From the NCBI GenBank assembly GCA_036679605.1, contig JAZDCZ010000324.1, positions 101,375 through 165,374 of the forward strand: a stretch of DNA of 64,000 nucleotides. Direction: 5' to 3'. A model generated the notes under the pieces. That model did not search any database. It was not told the origin of the DNA and saw only the letters and a list, made by a program, of their open reading frames with translations. Position numbers and translations under genes: made by a program. Of this stretch, positions 48,297-58,417 are shown piece after piece (position 1 is the stretch's first letter; every line of letters starts with the position of its first letter). The stretch comes from Gemmatimonadota bacterium (GTDB lineage: Bacteria > Gemmatimonadota > Gemmatimonadetes > Gemmatimonadales > GWC2-71-9).

Positions 48297-49228
48297 GTAG
48301 AGCGGGCCGTCCCGAAATCGCTGAGTTTCGGAGTTTCTTGGCCAACGAGCGCAATGATTCGCCGAATACTGTCACCGCGTACTGCCGGGACATCGGTGCG
48401 TTCTGCCGGTTCTGCGACAAGTACTTCGGTGGCGCTACGGAATGGGATTGGACATCAATCGATCGTTTGGCTCTGCGCGGATTCATGGGAGAACTTACAC
48501 GCAGGCATCTGGCCAAGCGATCGGTCACGCGCGCGATTTCAGCTCTACGGACGTTCTACCGGTTTCTGAATAGCCGTTATGGAGTCGAAGTCAGCGCACC
48601 GACAAGCGTGCGGCTTCCGAAACTCGAAAAAAAACTTCCAGCCGTACTCGACCGGGCACAGGTGGACATGATGTTTGAGTACGCAGAGTCCCTGGCCAAC
48701 GATGGTGGCTTCAAATCTGCCCGTGATCTGGCCATTCTAGAGATGTTCTACTCGACCGGCATGAGGCTGTCGGAGTTGGCGGGACTAGATCTACCACACA
48801 TTGACGTCGTGTCGGAGCAGGTAAAATTACGGGGTAAGGGAAGAAAGGAGCGAATAGTTCCGGTCGGCACTCACGCTCTGCAAGCACTCAGGCGATATTA
48901 CGCCAAGCGAGACAAACTCTTGACCAGGCCCAATTCAACAAGCGACGATCGGAAGGCCGTGTTCCTTTCGACCAGGGGGAAAAGGTTGTCGGCCAGAGGA
49001 GTACAGTACATTGTGGGGCAATTCCTGCGTGTGCTCGACGAGAGTTCGGGATTCAAAGTGCACAGTATGCGGCATAGTTTTGCAACTCATTTGCTGGATG
49101 CTGGGGCAGATTTGCGGGCAGTGCAGGAGCTACTCGGTCATGCATCATTGAGCACGACCCAGATTTATACCCATACCAGTGTAGAAAGATTGAAAAAAGT
49201 CTATAACCAGGCTCATCCACGAGCCTAG
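48293..49228 (+). CDS. xerC: Tyrosine recombinase XerC
   Basis: GMRLSE, GKGRKER, HSMRHSFATH, LGHASLSTTQIY, HPRA; trmFO-xerC-hslVU context. Confidence 0.9.
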   Translation: MSRAGRPEIAEFRSFLANERNDSPNTVTAYCRDIGAFCRFCDKYFGGATEWDWTSIDRLALRGFMGELTRRHLAKRSVTRAISALRTFYRFLNSRYGVEVSAPTSVRLPKLEKKLPAVLDRAQVDMMFEYAESLANDGGFKSARDLAILEMFYSTGMRLSELAGLDLPHIDVVSEQVKLRGKGRKERIVPVGTHALQALRRYYAKRDKLLTRPNSTSDDRKAVFLSTRGKRLSARGVQYIVGQFLRVLDESSGFKVHSMRHSFATHLLDAGADLRAVQELLGHASLSTTQIYTHTSVERLKKVYNQAHPRA

Positions 49229-49287
49229 GTGAAATCGCAATGCCTGTGGGTAGCAGGTAGTGTGACTTGGAGGACCAGGAGAAAAGG

Positions 49288-49833
49288 ATGCGTGAACGTT
49301 CGGTGTTTTACGGCACGACTATTCTGAGCGTGCAGAGGGATGGAACGGTGGCCATGGGTGGAGATGGTCAGGTCACTGTAGGTGATACCGTTATGAAGGC
49401 AAATGCAACTAAGGTACGAGAACTCTCCGGCGGAAACGTATTGGCGGGCTTCGCCGGGGCGGCAGCCGATGCATTTACGTTGTTCGAAAAATTTGAAGAG
49501 AAACTGAAACGCTCTCCTGGGAATCTTTCCAGAGCAGTGGTGGAGCTTGCCAAGGATTGGCGTAGCGACCGTGTGCTAAGGCGGTTGGAAGCACTACTGG
49601 CCGTGACAAATCGGGAGAATTCGTTCGTAGTTAGCGGTAGTGGGGAGCTGATCGAGCCGGATGACGGGATCCTAGCGATAGGCAGTGGTGGCAACTACGC
49701 ACTTGCCGCAGCGCGAGCATTGCGAGCAAATTCCGAGCTATCTGTCAAAGAGATCGTCCAGCAGAGCCTGGAGATCGCAGCAGACATTTGTGTGTATACG
49801 AATCGAAATATCAACATTCTTGAACTGAAATAA
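49288..49833 (+). CDS. hslV: ATP-dependent protease subunit HslV
   Basis: Short propeptide then G|TTIL, GDGQVT, GFAG, GSGG, CVYTN. Confidence 0.96.
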   Translation: MRERSVFYGTTILSVQRDGTVAMGGDGQVTVGDTVMKANATKVRELSGGNVLAGFAGAAADAFTLFEKFEEKLKRSPGNLSRAVVELAKDWRSDRVLRRLEALLAVTNRENSFVVSGSGELIEPDDGILAIGSGGNYALAAARALRANSELSVKEIVQQSLEIAADICVYTNRNINILELK

Positions 49834-49854
49834 CGGTTTTGCGAGGCATGACTG

Positions 49855-51390
49855 GTGGCTACTGATTCGACTAAGATTGACTCGAAACTCACCCTAGAGA
49901 AGGGCGAGGACGACCTGCCGTGGTTAGAGGAACTGCCACCGAAGCAGATTGTTGCTGAGCTAGATCGTTATATCGTCGGCCAGCGTGACGCAAAGAAGGC
50001 CGTGGCGATAGCGATACGTAACCGCTGGAGGCGACAGCAGGCGCCGGAAGAAATCCGCGACGAGATCCTGCCCAACAACATCATCATGATCGGGCCCACC
50101 GGCGTCGGTAAGACAGAAATTGCGCGTCGGTTGGCTCGGCTGGCCGGTGCGCCGTTTATCAAGGTGGAAGCGTCGAAGTTCACCGAGGTGGGCTACGTGG
50201 GTAGAGATGTGGAATCAATGATCCGTGATCTCGTGGACGCGGCAATCAACATGGTGCGCGGGGAACGTGAAGACGATGTGTTCCCGACTGCTGAGCGACG
50301 TGTCGAGGATCGGTTACTGACATTACTGTTTCCTGCGCCCAGTCCACCGGTCGCGCCGCCGGAGCCGGTTGCGCAGAATGGCAGCGTCGAGAGTGGTGCG
50401 GGTAGCGAAGCGAATGGAGAATCTGCCCGACAACTGTTCGTGGTATCGGCCAGCGGGGACATACACCAAGAGTCTGCTGATGACGATGAGGCTACCGAGA
50501 AACGTCGTAGCCGTACAATGGAAAAGCTTCGCAAGATGCTCAAGGACGGGAAGTTGGAGGATCGCGAAGTAGAGATCGAGGTGTCTCAGCAGATATTTCC
50601 GGTTATCGACATGATGCAACCTCAGCCCGGCATGGACTCGCCGGACATCAATTTTGGGGAGATGCTGCAGGATTTGCTACCCAAACGCACAAAGCGACGC
50701 ATGGTGCGGATCGCCGAAGCACGACGTCTTTTGATCGATGAGGAACTCAAGAAGCTCGTTGACATGGATGACGTGGTCAATGAGGCGCTGGATAGGGTGG
50801 AGAATCATGGAATAATTTTCATAGACGAACTCGATAAGATTGCAGGAGAGAGAGGGCAGGCCGGGCCCGACGTTTCGAGAGAGGGTGTACAGCGCGACCT
50901 GCTACCGGTCGTGGAGGGATCTACGGTACAGACGCGGCACGGCTACGTGCGCAGCGATCATATTCTGTTTATTGCGGCTGGTGCCTTCCACGTATCCAAG
51001 CCGTCCGATCTCATTCCGGAACTGCAAGGTCGGTTCCCTATTCGGGTTGAGCTGTCAAGCCTGACCGGTGACGACTTCGTCCGCATCATGACTGAGCCCG
51101 AGAACTCGCTTGTCAAACAGTATCAAGCGTTGTGCGCCTCCGAAGGAGCAACACTCGAGTTCACGGAGGGGGGTATTGCTGAGGTTGCCAGACTTGCGAT
51201 GCACATGAACGAGCAAATGGAAAATATTGGCGCTAGGCGCCTACATACCGTGATGACCACGCTCCTCGAAGATGTTCTCTTCCAGCTCCCAGATATGCCC
51301 GACAAGAATATTGTGTTCGACGAGACCGGAGTGCGAGATCGGTTGATCCGGATCGTCGAGGATGAAGATCTCAGGAACTACATCCTCTAG
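49855..51390 (+). CDS. hslU: ATP-dependent protease ATPase HslU
   Basis: GPTGVGKTE, GYVG pore loop, SREGVQRDLLP, ENIGARRL, C-terminal YIL. Confidence 0.96.
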   Translation: MATDSTKIDSKLTLEKGEDDLPWLEELPPKQIVAELDRYIVGQRDAKKAVAIAIRNRWRRQQAPEEIRDEILPNNIIMIGPTGVGKTEIARRLARLAGAPFIKVEASKFTEVGYVGRDVESMIRDLVDAAINMVRGEREDDVFPTAERRVEDRLLTLLFPAPSPPVAPPEPVAQNGSVESGAGSEANGESARQLFVVSASGDIHQESADDDEATEKRRSRTMEKLRKMLKDGKLEDREVEIEVSQQIFPVIDMMQPQPGMDSPDINFGEMLQDLLPKRTKRRMVRIAEARRLLIDEELKKLVDMDDVVNEALDRVENHGIIFIDELDKIAGERGQAGPDVSREGVQRDLLPVVEGSTVQTRHGYVRSDHILFIAAGAFHVSKPSDLIPELQGRFPIRVELSSLTGDDFVRIMTEPENSLVKQYQALCASEGATLEFTEGGIAEVARLAMHMNEQMENIGARRLHTVMTTLLEDVLFQLPDMPDKNIVFDETGVRDRLIRIVEDEDLRNYIL

Positions 51391-51412
51391 GCAGCTCTCG
51401 ACCGATTGCGCC

Positions 51413-51441
51413 TTGCAGGTAGTACTTGCGCGAGCTAATAT
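51413..51441 (+). promoter_or_regulatory. Candidate sigma70 promoter for argF
   Basis: TTGCAG-N17-TAATAT. Confidence 0.4.
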
Positions 51442-51482
51442 CCTCCCCACTCTGTCATTTTGACCTACTGATGAGCTAAAGC

Positions 51483-52382
51483 ATGCCGAAAAGGGACTTT
51501 TTGGAGATGTCCGACTTCTCCTGTGAGGAGATTGCCGGTCTCCTGAGCCTAGCCTCGAAAATGAAGACCGGTGAGTACAGCGACCGCCCGCTCGCGGGGA
51601 AGGCGCTGGCCATGGTGTTCGCTAAGAGCAGTACTAGAACGAGGGTGTCCTTTGAAGTGGGTGCGTACGAGCTGGGAGGGCACGCGCTGTTTCTATCTGC
51701 CAGAGACATGCAGCTAGGCCGTGGCGAGCCGATCGCTGATACCGCTCGCGTCCTGTCGGGCTACGTGGACGGAATCATGATCAGGACCTTCGATCACGAG
51801 GATGTGGTCGAGCTAGCACGTCACGCACTTATTCCGGTGATCAACGGTCTGACCGATCTGCTTCATCCGTGTCAGGTGCTTTCCGATCTCTTGACGGTCT
51901 CCGAGGCGCTCGGCGGATGGGAAGGAAAAACTGTGGCGTGGGTCGGAGACGGTAACAACATGGCCAACTCGTGGCTAAATGCGGCCGCCCTACTTGGCTT
52001 TCGGTTGCGTTTGGCATGTCCAAGCGGGTACGAGCCTAACAAGTGCATCCTGGATCGCGCAAGGCAGAGTGCGGAAGTCAACTTGTTCGACGATCCTAGA
52101 GACGCGGTCAACGGCGCGGACGTAGTGAACACAGACGTATGGGCGTCTATGGGTCAGGAAGAGGAGGCCGATGACCGAGCCCGCGTGTTTGCAGGCTATA
52201 CGGTCGACTCCGAACTCATGGGTCTAGCGGCCGAAGATGCGATTTTTCTGCATTGTCTGCCCGCGCACCGCGGTGAAGAAGTGACCGACGAAGTCATCGA
52301 AGGTCGGCAGTCTCGCGTATTCGAGCAAGCGGCAAATCGACTGCACGCCCAAAAAGCGTTACTCGCAACCTTGATGGGGTGA
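51483..52382 (+). CDS. argF: Ornithine carbamoyltransferase
   Basis: STRTR, HPCQ, GDGNN, DVWASMG, HCLP. Confidence 0.95.
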   Translation: MPKRDFLEMSDFSCEEIAGLLSLASKMKTGEYSDRPLAGKALAMVFAKSSTRTRVSFEVGAYELGGHALFLSARDMQLGRGEPIADTARVLSGYVDGIMIRTFDHEDVVELARHALIPVINGLTDLLHPCQVLSDLLTVSEALGGWEGKTVAWVGDGNNMANSWLNAAALLGFRLRLACPSGYEPNKCILDRARQSAEVNLFDDPRDAVNGADVVNTDVWASMGQEEEADDRARVFAGYTVDSELMGLAAEDAIFLHCLPAHRGEEVTDEVIEGRQSRVFEQAANRLHAQKALLATLMG

Positions 52383-53515
52383 AAAGAATAAGCATGGCCG
52401 GAGAGATCTTGCGTCGTACCCCTTTCTATGACTTTCATATAGAGAACAAAGCCAAGATGGTGCCGTTCGCCGGATTCGAGATGCCGGTGCAATATGACAC
52501 GGGCATCACTAAGGAGCATCTTGCAGTCCGCAAATCAGTTGGTGTCTTCGATGTCTCCCATATGGGTGAGTTCGAGATAACGGGTCCGGATCGCAACGCC
52601 TTTGTGAATCGCCTCACGTGCAACGATGTCGCGGCCCTGGCTGACGGGCAGGCTCAATACTCGGCAATGCTCACGGACGAAGGCACCTTCGTGGATGATT
52701 GCATCGTCTACCGGTTCGATGACCGCGTGATGATGGTTGTCAACGCTGCCAACATCGAGAAGGACTGGGAATACGTAGTTAGCAAGAAGGCCGGTATCAA
52801 CGCCAGGTTGAAGAATATATCTGATGATGTCGTGCTCTTGGCGATTCAAGGCCCAGAGAGTGAAGCACTGATCGGATCTTTGACACGAACAGATGTAACG
52901 GCCATCGGTTACTATCACGTCGAAGCAGGACAGGTAGGCGGAATCGATTGTTTCATCTCGCGCACCGGGTACACCGGAGAAGATGGGTTCGAGTTGTACT
53001 TTCGACCGGCTCATGCAGAAGTGATGTGGCGGTCGCTCGCTGGAAGAGGACGCGCTCAACCGGTTGGGTTGGGGGCGCGGGATTCACTGCGACTTGAGAT
53101 GGGATATCCTTTGTACGGCAACGATATCGATGACACCACCAATCCCTACGAGGCGAAGCTGGGGTGGATTGTCAAACTGAATAAGGGCGCCCCGTTTACA
53201 GGGCACGTGGCGCTAGACGGAATTAAGAACTCGGGTGGCGTGACTCGCAAGTTGGTCGGCTATTCGGTTGCTGGAAAAGGAGCGATTCCGAGAAAGGGCT
53301 ACGACGTATACCTCAACGATCGCAAGATCGAGGTCGTCAGAAGCGGCGGATTCAGCCCCAGCCTACAGATCCCTATCGGCACCACCTATCTCCCAACCCA
53401 CTCGGCCACGCCAGGTACGGTGATCGAGATTGACTGTCGCGGTCGGCGGGTTCGGGCCGAGGTGGTAGCGATGCCGTTCTATAAGGACGGGAGCGTGAGG
53501 AACAAGAAGTCTTGA
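52379..53515 (+). CDS. gcvT: Glycine cleavage aminomethyltransferase T
   Basis: [40 protein letters not shown]. Alternative start ATG 52394. Confidence 0.95.
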   Translation: MKRISMAGEILRRTPFYDFHIENKAKMVPFAGFEMPVQYDTGITKEHLAVRKSVGVFDVSHMGEFEITGPDRNAFVNRLTCNDVAALADGQAQYSAMLTDEGTFVDDCIVYRFDDRVMMVVNAANIEKDWEYVVSKKAGINARLKNISDDVVLLAIQGPESEALIGSLTRTDVTAIGYYHVEAGQVGGIDCFISRTGYTGEDGFELYFRPAHAEVMWRSLAGRGRAQPVGLGARDSLRLEMGYPLYGNDIDDTTNPYEAKLGWIVKLNKGAPFTGHVALDGIKNSGGVTRKLVGYSVAGKGAIPRKGYDVYLNDRKIEVVRSGGFSPSLQIPIGTTYLPTHSATPGTVIEIDCRGRRVRAEVVAMPFYKDGSVRNKKS

Positions 53516-53531
53516 TGCCGCGATAATCGTA

Positions 53532-54020
53532 ATGTCTATCTCTGTGGCCGTGCTGACCGTATCCGATGGGGTAGCCGCTGGAAAGCGTGTCGACGAGTCG
53601 GGAGAGGTAATCTCGACTTGGATTGACAAGAAAGGCTATGCGTTGGCCGCCCGCGAAGTCGTTCCCGATGAAAGTGACATGATTGCAAGTCAGCTTTCCC
53701 GATGGGCTGATGATGGTGTTGCAGACTTAATCATCACGACAGGTGGAACAGGACTTGGAGAGCGAGACGTAACACCCGAAGCGACTCTAGCTGTACTGGA
53801 ACGGGAAGCGCCTGGCATTGCAGAAGCGATACGGGCGGACGGTCGCAGGAATGTCCTACGCAGTGTGTTGTCTCGTGGAGCGGCAGGCGTTCGTGGCAGA
53901 GTGCTGATCGTGAACCTTCCGGGAAGTCTTGGTGGTGTAAAGGACGGCATCAGGACGCTCGATCCCCTAGTTGAGCACTCCGTCCAGCTGCTTCGTGGCG
54001 AACCCACTGATCATTCATGA
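53532..54020 (+). CDS. Molybdopterin adenylyltransferase, MogA/MoaB family
   Basis: LTVSD, TTGGTG, RDVTPEA, LSR, NLPGS. Confidence 0.9.
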   Translation: MSISVAVLTVSDGVAAGKRVDESGEVISTWIDKKGYALAAREVVPDESDMIASQLSRWADDGVADLIITTGGTGLGERDVTPEATLAVLEREAPGIAEAIRADGRRNVLRSVLSRGAAGVRGRVLIVNLPGSLGGVKDGIRTLDPLVEHSVQLLRGEPTDHS

Positions 54021-55552
54021 GTACGACCGTTCTCATATCAATGGACGATCTCGAAGCGGCGGTTCGCGCAAACGCCCAACTCGAGGAAGTCGGTTTTGAC
54101 ACAGTGCTGGTGTCGTCGGTGGATGACGTCTCGGGTGTGTTACGGAAATCGGAACCCGACGTAGTGGTCTTGACCGGCGCCCTTCAGGAGCACACCGCAA
54201 AAAAACTGATTGGTCTAGCGCGCGATCGTTCGATCTCGACCCTCGGTCTTATTGAGGCGCCGATAACAGATCCCGAAACTTTGGCTGGGCGTTTGGGTCT
54301 CACAGCCTGGCTCATGAAGCCTGTTGATGCATCCGAAGTCGCAGCAGTTACTCAACGACTTGTCGAGCGGAGAAGGTTGCAGCGGCGTACCGGAATTTCT
54401 GGAGAGAGTCCGGCGATTCAAGAAGTGCTTGTGAAGATCGAGCAGATGGCTCCGGTCAAGAGCAACGTGCTCGTGGAAGGCGAATCGGGCACCGGGAAGG
54501 AACTCGTTGCCCACGCGATTCATGACCTCTCGCCGCGGAGGGACGGACCGTTTATCGCTGTTAGCTGCGCAGCGCTTCCTGAAACGCTACTGGAGTCGGA
54601 GTTGTTTGGACACGAGAAGGGTGCATTTACAGGTGCAGCGGAGCGCAGACTAGGGCGGTTCGAGCTAGCACATGGTGGCACACTCTTCTTGGATGAAGTC
54701 GGCGAAATGCCAGTTGCAACGCAGGTTAAACTGCTTCGAGTACTGGAGAATCATGCATTCTTCAGAGTAGGCGGTACCGACTCGATACGAGTTGACGTAC
54801 GTGTGGTTGCCGCCACGAACCGCTCTCTCAAGGAGTTGGTGGCGCTACGGCAATTCCGCGATGACCTGTATTACAGGCTGAATGTGCTGTCGATTTACCT
54901 CCCGCCCCTAAGGGAACGAAAATCCGATATTCGCATTCTAGTCAAACGCTTCGTAGAAGAGCTTAGCGAGGAGCACGGTAGATCGTTCTCCGGAATTTCT
55001 CCTGAGGCAATGGAAGTTCTGGTAAATGCGGACTGGCCCGGCAATATCCGGCAACTCAGAAACCTCATCGATTCCATGGTTGTGCTCGCACACGGCAGGG
55101 AAGTTCGTGCCAGTGATATCCCGACGGATATTCGAGAGGGTGGCTCGAGATTGCTACCGGTGCACCTTCCGCATCAAGCGGTGGACGTTCAAGGCAAAGA
55201 ATTGGAATTCATATTCCGAACCCTCGTGGAGTTGAAGCTACAGGTGGAAGACTTGCGTCGGCGCATGGATGACGTTCCTCAGCGCGTGGAAGTCATCGAC
55301 GTGGGTCGTGTTGCTCCGGCGGAGTATGAAGAGCTAACCCGTGACACCAGTGAGTCGTCCGATGAAACGGAGCCAAAGGACGATGATACCCAGGTCGTCT
55401 ATCGCCCCGGAATGAACATGGCGGAAGTCGAACGCGCTGCGATCAATGCAGCCTTACGGGAAACTGGTGGCAACAGACGTCGCGCAGCAGAAAAACTCGG
55501 CATTGGCGAACGCACGCTTTATAGAAAAATCAAGGACTATCGGCTGGTCTGA
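54017..55552 (+). CDS. Sigma54 enhancer-binding protein with a degenerate receiver domain
   Basis: [22 protein letters not shown] and HTH; the receiver reads PDVVVLT at the phospho-Asp position. Confidence 0.88.
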   Translation: MSTTVLISMDDLEAAVRANAQLEEVGFDTVLVSSVDDVSGVLRKSEPDVVVLTGALQEHTAKKLIGLARDRSISTLGLIEAPITDPETLAGRLGLTAWLMKPVDASEVAAVTQRLVERRRLQRRTGISGESPAIQEVLVKIEQMAPVKSNVLVEGESGTGKELVAHAIHDLSPRRDGPFIAVSCAALPETLLESELFGHEKGAFTGAAERRLGRFELAHGGTLFLDEVGEMPVATQVKLLRVLENHAFFRVGGTDSIRVDVRVVAATNRSLKELVALRQFRDDLYYRLNVLSIYLPPLRERKSDIRILVKRFVEELSEEHGRSFSGISPEAMEVLVNADWPGNIRQLRNLIDSMVVLAHGREVRASDIPTDIREGGSRLLPVHLPHQAVDVQGKELEFIFRTLVELKLQVEDLRRRMDDVPQRVEVIDVGRVAPAEYEELTRDTSESSDETEPKDDDTQVVYRPGMNMAEVERAAINAALRETGGNRRRAAEKLGIGERTLYRKIKDYRLV

Positions 55553-57303
55553 GGAATTCCGACCAGTTCGGTCAACTCGAAGTTCAGTTGAATGATGTCG
55601 CCGGCGCCCAGCTGAGTCGTGGTGGCGACGCCGGACCACCCGGGCAGCCTAACCTGCACCGTTACCACTTGCCTTTGTGGCACCCCGCAAGCGGCGTAGT
55701 AGCCGGCCCAGTCAGACATCGCCCAAATCTCCACAAGCTTACCCGGAGCTTTGCGAGTACCGGGGAGTCGTGCGGACAGCGTTATTTCTGCCTCTCTGAG
55801 CGCCTTGCCGCTTGCAGCGTCGCGAACGAATCCGGACACCATACCCACGCTGTCAGCTATCGTGGACGATGGGCACAATCGCGACCAAACAGCACGTGCC
55901 GATGGTATGGCGATTCCAACCGTCGCAGTACGCCCCAATTCGAGAGTGGCCTTTTGCCTGGGAGGTACAAAGCCAAGACTGTCGAGAAATTCGCGGGGGA
56001 AAGATATCTCGTAAGTGTCTTCAGCTAGTCCATGCAGAAAGAAGCGCCCGCTACTATCGGTGCGCGCCCGGTATCCAGTTCCTAACAGAATGACAGTTAC
56101 ACCGGCCAACGGTTCTGCGGTTTCCATATCGACGACTTTGCCGATCAGAGATGTTGCCAAACCACGTTGGAGCAATGTGCCGTCGAGTGCATGAATCTCG
56201 CTGACCCAACCACCCATTTCCTTTACCGCCGCGAGGTAGGGCTCGGAAGTAAGGTCGCTGAATTTGGTCTGTCGAACTCCAATAACCGGCATCCGAATCC
56301 ACCACTTGCGGACCATCCAAGGGCCGTCAGGCAATCGTTCGAACTCGACACGCCCGCCTACGTGCTCCGACTGGGTTCCCCGTGGAACGCCGGTGTAGCG
56401 GTACTCGAGGTACTGTAATCGAGCCGATTCCTGGTCGAGCCAGAGAACTCCTTCGATGTCCGGCACCTTCCGTCCCCTGATGGGCTTGAACGCCAACCCA
56501 ATCAATCTGGCGTCTTCGTGTCTCTGTACCGAGAAGCAGTGTAGGTTCGCGAATTCGTTCGACAACAGAACGGTCGCGTCCGGTCCGTAGTAGTAGTACT
56601 CGTGTTTGCCGGTCTGCTTGATAAAGCCGGCGGCGGCCAATTCATCAGCCGGTAGAGTACGAAACGGACTCGCCCGATACATCCCCGACTGCGACCAGCG
56701 CAGACTGTCCTGGGATCTCAGCGAATGTGGGTCCAGCAGTCGCTGGTACTGAACCAATCGATGACGCAGAGTCCCTTGCTCCTCGGTCCACGCTACGGCG
56801 TCCAGAGCTTTCTGCGCTTCCTCCCACAGCGTCAGCGCTGCGATGCTCGCCTCCCGGCGCGTTCGGCAGGCCTTATCTCCTCGGATAACGAGAGTTGGGA
56901 GTGTTATTGAGATCGCTGGAATTACGAAGGTGAACTCCACGGTCTCGTCGACGGCAACATCGATGGGCTCGGAGATCTTGCTCTTTACGCCAATTACTGC
57001 GGACCTCAATCGGTACCGGCCCGCGCCGGGTGCCTCCAGGGTGAATCGTCCTCGGGGATCCGTCAGCGTTCTCGTATGCTGCAGCGAACTATTGCCCAAC
57101 AGGATCACGAATCCACCAGATATCGGGCTGCCCGTTATCTCATCGACTAGTGTCCCACTTATGGTCTGAGAAAACAGCGGACCTGCGACGAAAAACATCG
57201 CCAGCAGTGCGCTGAGGCTGACGGCCGCCATTGAGGAGGCTGGAAGCCGGATCGGTACGGTTGTTACGGTCCTCTTCTCGTCCACACCGCTATGACGCCG
57301 CAA
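55537..57303 (-). CDS. Secreted protein with several CarboxypepD_reg-like domains
   Basis: Signal peptide; three G.V.D..G.P/A...T/SD..G.F/Y repeats. True start may be ATG 57231. Confidence 0.7.
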   Translation of the reverse strand: MRRHSGVDEKRTVTTVPIRLPASSMAAVSLSALLAMFFVAGPLFSQTISGTLVDEITGSPISGGFVILLGNSSLQHTRTLTDPRGRFTLEAPGAGRYRLRSAVIGVKSKISEPIDVAVDETVEFTFVIPAISITLPTLVIRGDKACRTRREASIAALTLWEEAQKALDAVAWTEEQGTLRHRLVQYQRLLDPHSLRSQDSLRWSQSGMYRASPFRTLPADELAAAGFIKQTGKHEYYYYGPDATVLLSNEFANLHCFSVQRHEDARLIGLAFKPIRGRKVPDIEGVLWLDQESARLQYLEYRYTGVPRGTQSEHVGGRVEFERLPDGPWMVRKWWIRMPVIGVRQTKFSDLTSEPYLAAVKEMGGWVSEIHALDGTLLQRGLATSLIGKVVDMETAEPLAGVTVILLGTGYRARTDSSGRFFLHGLAEDTYEISFPREFLDSLGFVPPRQKATLELGRTATVGIAIPSARAVWSRLCPSSTIADSVGMVSGFVRDAASGKALREAEITLSARLPGTRKAPGKLVEIWAMSDWAGYYAACGVPQRQVVTVQVRLPGWSGVATTTQLGAGDIIQLNFELTELVGIPQTSR

Positions 57304-58049
57304 CCCGAGTCCATGTCGCTGAATTCAATGGGGACCTCCGACGGCCTGTATATTTCGATTCCCTCGAGATCGTGGGGGAAAAGCTCCCGATCCATACCCT
57401 CGAAGGTGTCGACTGACCCCCACTTCGCGTTGTCTACCCAGAGGCTTGGCGGGCAAGGGCTCCCCTTGATTCGAACGGTCCACCCGGCTCCCTGCTGGGG
57501 CGATCGGACAATCCGCACGCCTGCGACCAACCTAAGTAGGCTTGTAATCTGGGTGGAGGCCCGTTCTTCAATGTCCTTCCGGGTCACGAAGTGTCCCATC
57601 CCCTTCTCGACCCGGTCGTAAAAACCTCGCAATGGTCCCGGTGCATAGGGTGCAGAATCTGCAGTAACTACGACTGCCGGTAGTTCTGTGAAGGTCCATA
57701 GTTGCAGCTTGAACTGCAGACTCTGCCCCTTTTTGATTATGAAGGGGAGCGCGTTCAGAGTGTTGTATCCCTGAGCGTCGACTCGGAAACTGTAGGTGCC
57801 GGGGCTGGGTGTACGGATCGAATAGAATCCGGCAGAATCGGCGATCCCGATGCGCTTGACCTGCCCATCCTTGCTCAGGAGCACGAGAGAGGCGTCCGGA
57901 ACTGGAGCCCCGCTTGCATGATCTACTACTTGGCCCCTCACCGTCTGTGCCACTGCGGGGTGGGTCTGGATCCCGGTGAAGGTCAGCACGGCCAGAAAAG
58001 CGGCCATGGTGGCCCTAGGGTCGACATGCGAATTGATCGGTAGTCTCAT
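57264..58049 (-). CDS. Secreted CarboxypepD_reg + TonB-plug-like protein without a barrel
   Basis: Signal peptide, VRGQVVD, LPAVVVTA, GFYDR...GHFVTR..IE, LEGIEIY, CGVIAVWTR; only 261 aa. Confidence 0.72.
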   Translation of the reverse strand: MRLPINSHVDPRATMAAFLAVLTFTGIQTHPAVAQTVRGQVVDHASGAPVPDASLVLLSKDGQVKRIGIADSAGFYSIRTPSPGTYSFRVDAQGYNTLNALPFIIKKGQSLQFKLQLWTFTELPAVVVTADSAPYAPGPLRGFYDRVEKGMGHFVTRKDIEERASTQITSLLRLVAGVRIVRSPQQGAGWTVRIKGSPCPPSLWVDNAKWGSVDTFEGMDRELFPHDLEGIEIYRPSEVPIEFSDMDSGCGVIAVWTRRGP

Positions 58050-58263
58050 CTGCGTTGGATCCTCAAGAGGGCGCCTAGAAGGTTGTCACACCGGACCTGG
58101 CCGGTCAAATCACTGGCTCAGCGGTGAATCTATATTAAATCCCCGGTGAAGCAGCTTTGTTTCACCTCCCCGTAGATCTGGATCAGCCTGAACCCAGTCT
58201 CCCCGGGGGGAGTGTGTTAGCGGTCCCACACCTGGGCATGAACCTCTAGTAGTTTCTCAAAAG

Positions 58264-58340
58264 AGTGATGTAAGTCACTGACATTTAGTGTGTTGAAGCA
58301 CTTTCAGCTATTGACAATCGGCCCTGAATAAGGCTATAGT
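58264..58340 (+). promoter_or_regulatory. Sigma70 promoter with an upstream CRP/FNR-like palindrome
   Basis: AGTGA-N6-TCACT at 58264-58279; TTGACA (58311)-N18-TATAGT (58335). Confidence 0.55.
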
Positions 58341-58417
58341 AGGGGTCCGTTTAGCCCAACTAAGGATACCTAAACAATACACCTCGGTCGCCGGGGCCCA
58401 GGCTGGCACATGGATCA

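Noticed and set aside
48293..49228. Integrase of a mobile element
   Set aside because: Housekeeping topA-trmFO-xerC-hslVU context and XerC-type C-terminus; no att sites or cargo seen.
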